The notes beneath the pieces were generated by a model, which saw only the letters and a list, made by a program, of their open reading frames with translations, was not told the origin of the DNA and ran no database searches. From Candidatus Cloacimonadota bacterium (GTDB taxonomy: Bacteria > Cloacimonadota > Cloacimonadia > Cloacimonadales > PWNZ01), in the NCBI GenBank assembly GCA_003564135.1, contig PWNZ01000174.1, forward strand, positions 1-56,998: a stretch of 56,998 nucleotides of DNA. Direction: 5' to 3'. This document shows positions 48,136 to 56,623 of this stretch, one piece after another. Both the position numbers and the translations under genes were made by a program. Positions within the stretch are counted from its first letter, which is position 1; each line of letters starts with the position of its first letter.

Positions 48136-51054
48136 ATGAAGAGGTTTTTGATACTGTCGCTTATCATGATGGTTGCTATTGGCCTTACAGCTGCTGATAG
48201 TCAAAACTATGTACCTCAGAGACATTCTGTCGGTGCCGAAGTTACAACGGCTTCAGGTCAAAGAGCAGATATCTCAAGAGCTGAAACTACAAATCAATTC
48301 AGAGATGAAGAGGTTTGGTACGAGCAAGATTTTAACGATGGCTGGGAAGGTTGGACTACTTTTGACCAGACATTCGGTGGTGCGATGTGGCACCTTTCAC
48401 AATTCATGGCTCACGGCGGTGAAGGTTATTCATGGTGGATGGCCGATCCCGAAATTGGAGGTTACTACAACACCCAATATACATACTTGGACACACCTCA
48501 AATAATGGTCACAGCAGACAATAGTACCCTTACATTTAATGTTAACTGGGCTATTGAGGAGCTGGGAAACTGGGTTGACCCTGAAGATCCAAATATATCT
48601 TTTGATGGATGGGATGGCGCTAATGTCAGGATATCTACCGATAATGGCGAATCCTGGTCGGTCATTTCAGGAACACCAGAATACAATTCATCTTCAATGT
48701 TTGCCTTCGGCCGCATTCACGGTGAAGGACCTAATGTACCCGGATGGGGTGGTAGCTCTCATGGCTGGCAAGATGCATCTTTCGATTTGTCAGAATACAT
48801 CGGTCAAAACGTGCGGATAAGATTTGCATTTGCATCCGATAACGCCGTTGATAGTGCTAGTAATCCTGAATTATATTCGATTCTTATTGACAATATCTCT
48901 TTAGGTGATTATGATCAAGACTTTGATGACGGTGAAGAGCATGATATGTCTTACGGTTCGTTAGTTCCAACAGGTGGTGATTTATGGCACATTGCCCAGA
49001 CAACACCTCCTCCACCGGCTCCACCTTATGCAGCGGTTCTTCAAAATGAAGAAGGAACTTATAACCCTAACATGATGAACTACATTACTTCGCCGTTAAT
49101 CGAAATGCCTGATGGTGGAGACATTAGGGTTGATTTCATGTTGAGAGGTGACTTTTTAGTCAACCACGAAGGTAATTTCCCGGATTGTAACTTATTGGGA
49201 TTCCAAGTTTCTCCTGACTCGGGCTCTACATGGTACGCAATGAGTAATCCTTATGGAGATCCGGATGGAAGTAATTATGTTTATGTTAGTGTCCCAGAAG
49301 ATTGGTTCTCAGCAGTGAACTCTTATCAAGGCTTAGATGGTATAATAAACGATTATGCCAACGAAACCCTGATGTTTAGAATATATTTCCAATCTAACGA
49401 TGATGATCCGGTTGGAGAGGGTCTAATGGTAGACCAGTTCAGAGTTTATCATGCGCAGTATTTACCTGCAGCTTCAAATTTGTCAGCAACTGAAGATGAT
49501 GGAGTTGTTCACCTTGATTGGAATGCACCTCTGATGGGTGGTGATACCGGATGGATACATTGGGACAGCGGCGAGAATGACAATGCTGTCGGTCTTTCAG
49601 GTGATGAACCTGCCTTCGATGTAGCGGCGAGATTCAGTCCGCTTGACATTGAGCCTTATATTGGCGGACAAGTAACCAAGGTCAGATTCTTCCCGAATCA
49701 CACCATGGGATCAACATTCACAATTAAACTTTGGTCAGGCCTAAACGGAAACGTAGAATTGCATACACAAGATGTGCCGGCTGCCAACCTAGTTAATCAA
49801 CAATGGAATGAAATAGAATTATCCCAACCGGTTAATCTCGGTATGGGTGAACATTATTGGATCGGATATCACGTTACTCATCCAGCGGGTGGAGGAATAC
49901 ATCCCGCAGGTATGGATGCAGGGCCTGCTATACCGGATCGTGGTGACATGATTAGAACCGGACCTAATTGGGTATCATTGCATCAAGCTAATCCAGATAT
50001 TAACGGTAATTGGAATGTTCAGGCCTTAGTTGAAGCACCGAATGGTGAAAGAATAGCTTTAGACAATACCAATAGAAATCCAGTCGGAAATGACGGGTAC
50101 AAGGTCTACAGATCAGTTATATCCGGTGAGCAGTACGAAGAAATAGGTGAAGTTGAGGATGCTGAAATAACTGTCTTTACTGATACCAATCCTGTCAGAG
50201 GCGGAGTTAATTACTATATAGTCAGAGCAATTTACGGACAAAGTCAATCAGCCCCAACAAATGAAGCAAGAGCTTTTGTTTTAGCTGAAACTGCAACGGA
50301 AATTTATTACGACGATGGCGAGGTCGATTTCGGTTACAATGTAGGTGCAAATAATCAGCTTAGCGTCTATTATGAGAATCCTATGGATGAGGATTCATAC
50401 CTTACTCACTTGAAAGTATACGTTGAACAGAGAAGAACAGGATCGATGATACTTATGGTTAGGCTTGCCGATGAAAACAACGAACCCGGACAAATAGTTT
50501 CCCAGTTTGTGCATCCGGCCAATCGTATTTTTGAAGGATGGAACTTTATACCAATGCCAACGGCAAATCCGGTTGAGATTCCTGAAGGACAAGATTTCTT
50601 CGCTATAATCCAGGAATCAACAAATGCTTCAGCTATTGGAGTTGATGAAAATAGTGCCGGCAACAGTTATATTAGACTCGATAATGTATGGATGCCATAC
50701 GAAGATGGCAACTTCATGATCAGAGCAGTTGTCGATACTCAGTGGCTGGATGTTGAACAGGAAGAACTGCCCAATATTCAAGAACTGAGAGCGATGAACT
50801 ACCCGAATCCTTTCAACCCAGAAACAACTATTGCCTTTGACTTACCTCGATCCGGAGAAGTTAAACTCTCGATCTACAACACCAGAGGTCAGTTGATTAA
50901 AACATTAGTTGATGATAGATTGAATGCGGGATCTCATGAGTTCTTATGGGATGGAAAAGATCAAAGTGGATCTATTAATTCCAGCGGTGTTTATTTCTAT
51001 CGCATCGAGACTCAAGAACAGTCAGTTAGCAGAAGAATGATCTTGTTGAAATAA
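48136..51054 (+). CDS. Secreted multidomain surface protein (two jelly-roll MAM/LamG-like modules plus FN3-like modules) with a T9SS C-terminal sorting domain
   Basis: Signal peptide present. A module ending ...VRIRFAFASDN / ...LMFRIYFQSND is duplicated. The CTD is NYPNPFNPETTIAFDL...GVYFYRIETQEQSVSRRMILLK. A GGAGG SD is present. Confidence 0.85.
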   Translation: MKRFLILSLIMMVAIGLTAADSQNYVPQRHSVGAEVTTASGQRADISRAETTNQFRDEEVWYEQDFNDGWEGWTTFDQTFGGAMWHLSQFMAHGGEGYSWWMADPEIGGYYNTQYTYLDTPQIMVTADNSTLTFNVNWAIEELGNWVDPEDPNISFDGWDGANVRISTDNGESWSVISGTPEYNSSSMFAFGRIHGEGPNVPGWGGSSHGWQDASFDLSEYIGQNVRIRFAFASDNAVDSASNPELYSILIDNISLGDYDQDFDDGEEHDMSYGSLVPTGGDLWHIAQTTPPPPAPPYAAVLQNEEGTYNPNMMNYITSPLIEMPDGGDIRVDFMLRGDFLVNHEGNFPDCNLLGFQVSPDSGSTWYAMSNPYGDPDGSNYVYVSVPEDWFSAVNSYQGLDGIINDYANETLMFRIYFQSNDDDPVGEGLMVDQFRVYHAQYLPAASNLSATEDDGVVHLDWNAPLMGGDTGWIHWDSGENDNAVGLSGDEPAFDVAARFSPLDIEPYIGGQVTKVRFFPNHTMGSTFTIKLWSGLNGNVELHTQDVPAANLVNQQWNEIELSQPVNLGMGEHYWIGYHVTHPAGGGIHPAGMDAGPAIPDRGDMIRTGPNWVSLHQANPDINGNWNVQALVEAPNGERIALDNTNRNPVGNDGYKVYRSVISGEQYEEIGEVEDAEITVFTDTNPVRGGVNYYIVRAIYGQSQSAPTNEARAFVLAETATEIYYDDGEVDFGYNVGANNQLSVYYENPMDEDSYLTHLKVYVEQRRTGSMILMVRLADENNEPGQIVSQFVHPANRIFEGWNFIPMPTANPVEIPEGQDFFAIIQESTNASAIGVDENSAGNSYIRLDNVWMPYEDGNFMIRAVVDTQWLDVEQEELPNIQELRAMNYPNPFNPETTIAFDLPRSGEVKLSIYNTRGQLIKTLVDDRLNAGSHEFLWDGKDQSGSINSSGVYFYRIETQEQSVSRRMILLK

Positions 51055-51079
51055 TAGATTACAAACAACGCAGTTTATT

Positions 51080-51115
51080 GAGAACCGGAGCCATAATGCT
51101 CCGGTTCTCTTTATC
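51080..51115 (+). terminator. Rho-independent terminator of the 972-aa gene
   Basis: Perfect 12-bp stem gagaaccggagc-cataat-gctccggttctc followed by tttatc. Confidence 0.8.
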
Positions 51116-51442
51116 AAAGCATGACTTGCGTTTATAACCGGCAATTATCTGTCCCCAACATCCTCTTTGCCATTAAATAATCTCACCCTGTATGCTGCTA
51201 GGAGACTATGCTTCTGTCCAGGCTATGTCGATTTTATTGACAGTATATCACAGGTTGATGAGACTGGGTAAGCTTACCTCACAGCACAAAATAATTACTG
51301 ACAATCTCCGGGAAACACATTATATTATCAAATAGAAATCACCAAACTAAAACCTTAGCTTGCTTGACTAAATAAAGCGGCAGTAAAACTGCCGGAAAGC
51401 GTTAATAATCAAGTTAGAAATTGATCTAAACAGGAGAACTAA

Positions 51443-54400
51443 ATGCCAGGAAAACAAAAAACTGATACTTTGACTACAAATAAGCCGTCAAAGTTATTAA
51501 CCTACATAACGATTATGGCTGCAATAGTGATATGTAGCCAATTGGTGTTACCAACTGCTTTTCTATATGGAGTTTTAGATAGTAGTACTTCGCAGAAAAG
51601 ACCCTTTATTGAAAGCTACTTCTATCCCAACTCAATTATAGTAGCCTTTTGTGCTGAGGAAGTTGGCAACAGAGACGGTAGAATTACTTTCAAGAAAGAC
51701 GATGGAACAGTTATTACCCATATAGAAAGCTTTAACAAAATAGCTGCCAAATATGGAATTGTCGATTTAGAACAACTATATACCCATGTTACATACCCGG
51801 AATGGAATAATGACGGGGTATACATTCAGAATATCTATCGAATTACTACCAAAACTAACAACAATATAGAAGAAGTGCAGTATGCATTGCAACGGGATAA
51901 AAGCATCCTATTTGCCGAATACGAGACAATTAACCGAACCAGGCAGCATATACCTAATGATCCCGAGTATCACCGTCAGTGGCACCATCAGCAAATAGGA
52001 TCACAATTTGCTTGGGACTATGTCAGGGGTGATAAGGAGATCATCGTTGCCATAACCGATACCGGAGCTAAGTGGAATCATCCGGACCTGCAAGATAACA
52101 TCTGGATCAATGAAGCGGAACTGCCCGGGATAACAATTGACTGGGACAGAGGTGATATTCTTGGTAGAGACGGAATTGATAGAGATGGCAACGGTAAAAT
52201 TGACGATGTAATTGGATGGGATTTCTTTCACGACAACAATAATCCCTATCAAAACTACCCCGGTAACCACCACGGTACGCATGTAGCAGGTACTGTCGGA
52301 GCCGTCGGCAACAATGAGATAGGAGTAACCGGTGCCGCTATGCATGTATCACTAATGACCTGCAAAGGTACACCATCAAACGCCGAAAGTGATGGTGTGC
52401 GTCACGGTTATTCAATGATTCAATATGCGGCACAGTCCGGTGCTCACATTATTAATTGTAGCTGGGGTGGGCCGGGAGATGGTAATCACGCTAATAGTGT
52501 TATAGACTATGCTCATGCTTTAGGGTCATTAGTTGTGGCTGCAGCCGGGAATAATGATAGCGAGCACACAGCTTCCTACACTACTTATCCTGCAAATGCG
52601 CGTAATGCTATGAATATAGCTGCTACCGACCGACACGATAAAAAGGCCAGATTCTCAGATTATGGTCAAGACATTGACTTATCAGCGCCAGGTGTCAATA
52701 TACTCTCTACGTATGGTGATAATCAATACCATTCCACCAGCGGAACGTCTATGGCTGCGCCTTTAGTTTCTGGTGTAGCGGCATTAGTCTTATCTCTACA
52801 TCCGGAATTTACACCAACTCAACTACGAACTCGATTAGTTGAAACTGCTGATTATATAGATGAGCTTAACCCGGGCTACCAAGATTTATTAGGTTCGGGC
52901 AGATTAAATGCCTTTGCTGCTACTATGTACGATAAAACACCTAACGTTAGTTTATTTGACTACGAGATACAAGAATATGACGGTGATGGTGACGGTGTTC
53001 CAAATCCCGGAGAAGAAATCGATCTGATGATCAGTCTTTACAATGAAATAAATTGGAAACAAGCCTCCGATGTTAGGGCTACACTTTCTTCCAATGAGCC
53101 TGGCGTAGAGATACTTGTTGATTCAATTGAGATGTCCGATATCTTCGGCGGATCAGTATCTTTTAATACCGGCAATCCTTTGAGATTTAGAACGCCGGAA
53201 ACTCTATCCGAGTTGGTGGTACCCTTAACTCTTACGGTCGAGGCTAACCATGACCAAGAGTTTCCTTATAGAGTTGATATAGATTTTGTGGTCGAATTGT
53301 CGCTCTCCAAAGCAGGCTGGCCATTAAGTATTGATGGGTCGTCATCTTCGCCTGCCTTGATAACTGATATTAATGCTAATTTAAAGCGAGAGATAATATT
53401 CGGTGATTCCGGTGGAATGTTGCATGTAGTTAAAGAAGACAGATCTTATTTACCCGGATTCCCGGTAGATCTAGAAAGTAATATTAACTCGGCTGTTGCA
53501 GCTGCTGATCTAAACAATAACAACCGTGTCGAAATTGTTGCCAACACTTTTTCCGGGTTTATAAAGTGTGTTGATAACCAAGGGAACATTCTTTTCAGTT
53601 ATGAAGCAGAAGGCCAGTTCAGGAATAATCCGATGATTGTGGATGTCAATAATGACGGTAATTATGAGATTATTGCTCTTTCATTTACCAATCCACATCT
53701 ATTTGTGCTACGTGCAGATGGATCTGATTATCCCGGCTTCCCGCTGGAACTAGATAGCGGTGTAATGTCTTCACCTGCTTCTGCTGACCTGAGTGGAGAT
53801 GGTACTAAAGAGATAATATTTGTCGATGCTGGAGGTAACCTTCATGCTGTATCGGTTGCAACGCAGCAAAATGTTGCCGGATTCCCCGTGTCCATAAATG
53901 CAACTTCTTGGAGCGGACCAACAATTGGGGATCTGACAGGTAATAATGAACCTGATATCGTGGTAGCAAATATTCAAGGATCTCTTTCAGCGCATAACCG
54001 AACAGGGGAAACTCTATTTACCCGCAGTATCGGAAGTACTGTTCGTTCAGGTGTCTTGGTGTTTGACCTCAACCATGACGGACAAAGCGAGATTATTTTT
54101 GGCGATATGTCTGGATCTCTGTATGTTTTGGATAGCGCAGGCAACCAAATTGAACCGTTCCCTCTGGATGTGGGAGCACCGGTAGAAGGAACACCTGTAC
54201 TAGCCGATATGACCAGAAACCTCAATTATGATATCATTTTTGGCGATGGAGACGGCTGGCTGCACTCCATCAACCTGCAAGGAGAAAACACTCCCAATTT
54301 CCCGATAAATTTACGCCGATCATTCGAGATTGGGCCAACTATCGGTTATGTTGGCGAAGTGGATAATGTTGATATTTTGATTCCTAATCAGAACGGATAT

Positions 54401-54817
54401 CAGTATGTCGACTTCAAAAGACCTATCGGAACTATCGGATGGGGAACTTTCAAAGGTAATATTAGACGATCGGGAAATAGCTTTGATATGGTCTCCGTTG
54501 AGGATGAATATATCCGAGAACCTGAGTTGAAAACCAGACTTAAGGGTAACTTCCCGAATCCATTTAATCCTAATACGACTATAGAGTTCTCTATTGGCGA
54601 AGACAATCCCATCCCGGTGAACCTATCAATATTTAATATCAGAGGCCAAAAAATAGCTACCCTGATCGAGGAATATAAATCCACCGGAAAATACTATGTT
54701 AATTGGAACGGTAGAGATGATAATGGTAATCTCGCAGGTAGTGGTGTATATTTCTATATGCTGCGTACTGGAGAAACTGAAGCCGCTCAAACTAAGAGGA
54801 TGATCCTGGTCAAATAA
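51443..54817 (+). CDS. Subtilisin-family (S8) serine protease with FG-GAP/VCBS-like repeats and a T9SS C-terminal sorting domain
   Basis: The catalytic triad blocks are VAITDTG (Asp), HGTHVAGTVGA (His) and GTSMAAPLVSG (Ser). At least 5 D-x-N/D-x-D-G-x-x-E-I repeats are present. The CTD is NFPNPFNPNTTIEFSI...GVYFYMLRTGE...KRMILVK. An AGGAG SD is present. Confidence 0.93.
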   Translation: MPGKQKTDTLTTNKPSKLLTYITIMAAIVICSQLVLPTAFLYGVLDSSTSQKRPFIESYFYPNSIIVAFCAEEVGNRDGRITFKKDDGTVITHIESFNKIAAKYGIVDLEQLYTHVTYPEWNNDGVYIQNIYRITTKTNNNIEEVQYALQRDKSILFAEYETINRTRQHIPNDPEYHRQWHHQQIGSQFAWDYVRGDKEIIVAITDTGAKWNHPDLQDNIWINEAELPGITIDWDRGDILGRDGIDRDGNGKIDDVIGWDFFHDNNNPYQNYPGNHHGTHVAGTVGAVGNNEIGVTGAAMHVSLMTCKGTPSNAESDGVRHGYSMIQYAAQSGAHIINCSWGGPGDGNHANSVIDYAHALGSLVVAAAGNNDSEHTASYTTYPANARNAMNIAATDRHDKKARFSDYGQDIDLSAPGVNILSTYGDNQYHSTSGTSMAAPLVSGVAALVLSLHPEFTPTQLRTRLVETADYIDELNPGYQDLLGSGRLNAFAATMYDKTPNVSLFDYEIQEYDGDGDGVPNPGEEIDLMISLYNEINWKQASDVRATLSSNEPGVEILVDSIEMSDIFGGSVSFNTGNPLRFRTPETLSELVVPLTLTVEANHDQEFPYRVDIDFVVELSLSKAGWPLSIDGSSSSPALITDINANLKREIIFGDSGGMLHVVKEDRSYLPGFPVDLESNINSAVAAADLNNNNRVEIVANTFSGFIKCVDNQGNILFSYEAEGQFRNNPMIVDVNNDGNYEIIALSFTNPHLFVLRADGSDYPGFPLELDSGVMSSPASADLSGDGTKEIIFVDAGGNLHAVSVATQQNVAGFPVSINATSWSGPTIGDLTGNNEPDIVVANIQGSLSAHNRTGETLFTRSIGSTVRSGVLVFDLNHDGQSEIIFGDMSGSLYVLDSAGNQIEPFPLDVGAPVEGTPVLADMTRNLNYDIIFGDGDGWLHSINLQGENTPNFPINLRRSFEIGPTIGYVGEVDNVDILIPNQNGYQYVDFKRPIGTIGWGTFKGNIRRSGNSFDMVSVEDEYIREPELKTRLKGNFPNPFNPNTTIEFSIGEDNPIPVNLSIFNIRGQKIATLIEEYKSTGKYYVNWNGRDDNGNLAGSGVYFYMLRTGETEAAQTKRMILVK

Positions 54818-55061
54818 AAGCCGGAACCAAATATTTAACCACAAATGCACACGAATGAAAAAGAAAGGTTTAGAGAGTTTAGTGCTTCGCTGTTTAGATG
54901 AGGGCAGGCCGTGCCTGCCCTGTGGAATCTTCTTTTTTATTCCATCAGGGTGTCCTGTCCGTACAGATAGCGGTTTAAAATTGTGTAAAGTGAACGGAAT
55001 GCTGACTTTAGGCGGCAACTAGTCTTTTTGCGAGTTCCACGCAGTCAATATTATTGATAAG
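54818..55061 (+). repeat. Copy B of the modular intergenic repeat, starting at the base after the S8 protease stop codon
   Basis: The core 54853-55006 aligns with 56675-56837 and with the reverse complement of 37271-37450. It contains the 8-bp GC hairpin gggcaggc-cgt-gcctgccc (54902-54920). The tail 55011-55061 is a degenerate 38-bp unit plus cagtcaatattattgataag, matching 100-156. Confidence 0.88.
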
Positions 55062-55069
55062 ATAATAAG

Positions 55070-55112
55070 GAGCATACCGGATTCTTTCTCGAGTCCGGGT
55101 GCTCTCTTTATT
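55070..55112 (+). terminator. Candidate intrinsic terminator just after repeat copy B
   Basis: gagca-ta-ccgga ... tccgg-g-tgctc followed by tctttatt. Confidence 0.5.
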
Positions 55113-55477
55113 ACTATTCCAACTTGCACCCCTCTTCAGTCAGCATGTTATTTTCATCCATTTTGATGGTAAAATTTCCTGATTAACGAATCATTCGGGC
55201 AGACCGGCAACTCGTGAACAGCGTTCAGAAAAATCAATTGTTTTATTTAGCTATTATGTAATGTATTTAACGATTTATTCACCTTTTAATGATCGGCTTT
55301 GCTTACTAATTGTCTGCTTGGTGCCCGCTTATATGGCTGAGTTAGTTGTCGGGTTATACCACAAATTCGAACCTGATTGCAGGTATCATGATCGGAACCA
55401 CTGCTACAACAGATAAAAGGTCTGATCTGACATTACATATTGACTGATTAACTCACACCTTCATAATATCCAGCCGG

Positions 55478-56419
55478 CTACAAAGAGTCATCAAGATAGC
55501 CTGATTTTTTCAGCTTTTCGTGTTTAGACTGCATTATTTTGTAGTAATTGTAGAAGTGGTTTAAGTTGCTCAGATAGCTTTCCAGAGCGGGTTTTATAGC
55601 ATCTATTGCTGTTTGATTATGATTATCGATGAACATTAGATCAACCCTCTCTTCTATGCTTTTGTGAACTTCTTCTATCATTTTATTGAGGCTTAAACCT
55701 TTAGTGAATATATTGGCAGCTGTGAACTTTTCGTTGTCGACATTTTCGGTTTTTGTCTCAAAATTTATCTCATCCTGCCAGATAAACTGCAATACATTAG
55801 ACCTTGCGTTGTTTCGGGCGTTGACGGCATAATAGTGTTGCTGCTCAGTCTGCTGATAGTCAAAGCCGATCACTCTTTTTTCACCGTATTCTTTTTCCTG
55901 GTATAAGGGGTCTTTATGCGGATTCGTGTTTTGCGGATCAACTGCCCGATATATTCTGATTAAATCGCCTTTATTCACTTGCCGGTCGAAATAAAAGTTT
56001 TTCATCCGCAGTTTCACCGGTTCACTTTTCAGCAGATGATAGGGATAGCTGCGATACAGCTCTTTGACCTTTGCTTGGCGAATCTCTTTCGGTTCCTGCG
56101 AGGAGAGTTGCATAATTTTCCGGGCTCTGATGCGCAGCGGTGTGTTGACCTCGTTTTTGTAAATCCACGGTTGATAAAGCTTAATCTGCTGCCGGCCGTG
56201 TGAGGATTGGAACACAAACATCCCGTATCTGCCCTGAATGATACTGGCTCGCTGGAAATTACGCTGCATTCCTTTGGTCATGCCCCAATAGTGCCATAAC
56301 GAGGCCGGAATAGTCCGAAACAGAGCTGCCGGGGGTGTCGGCATCACCATAAACAGTCCGTCGGTAGTTGCCATCATTGCTTCGTTGGCCGCTTCGATTT
56401 TTTGATCATGTTTAGTCAT
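55478..56419 (-). CDS. Orphan hypothetical protein (313 aa) bracketed by direct repeat copies
   Basis: A strong AGGAGG SD lies 5 nt upstream of the ATG. The frame is uninterrupted. I recognise no motif or family. The 5' half is visibly GC-richer than the rest of the window. Confidence 0.8.
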   Translation of the reverse strand: MTKHDQKIEAANEAMMATTDGLFMVMPTPPAALFRTIPASLWHYWGMTKGMQRNFQRASIIQGRYGMFVFQSSHGRQQIKLYQPWIYKNEVNTPLRIRARKIMQLSSQEPKEIRQAKVKELYRSYPYHLLKSEPVKLRMKNFYFDRQVNKGDLIRIYRAVDPQNTNPHKDPLYQEKEYGEKRVIGFDYQQTEQQHYYAVNARNNARSNVLQFIWQDEINFETKTENVDNEKFTAANIFTKGLSLNKMIEEVHKSIEERVDLMFIDNHNQTAIDAIKPALESYLSNLNHFYNYYKIMQSKHEKLKKSGYLDDSL

Positions 56420-56623
56420 TATGTCCTCCTGTAAATATCCTTTGGTTAGTAACTAAGATTTCTAAGATTTTATCCACACTTTCTCCCTGATAAAACCAAT
56501 AATCAGGCTTATTCCTGCTGTCAATGATTATTTTCGTGACAGGTAACTTAAATGACGGGCGAATTGTTGACTATCAATACCATAATGGCTCTATGTATCG
56601 GGAAGAAAATCTTAATAAATCTT

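Noticed and set aside
54626-55018. 130-aa minus-strand ORF overlapping the 3' end of the S8 protease gene and repeat copy B
   Set aside because: It is antisense to a well-supported gene and runs through non-coding repeat sequence. It has no SD and an arbitrary composition.
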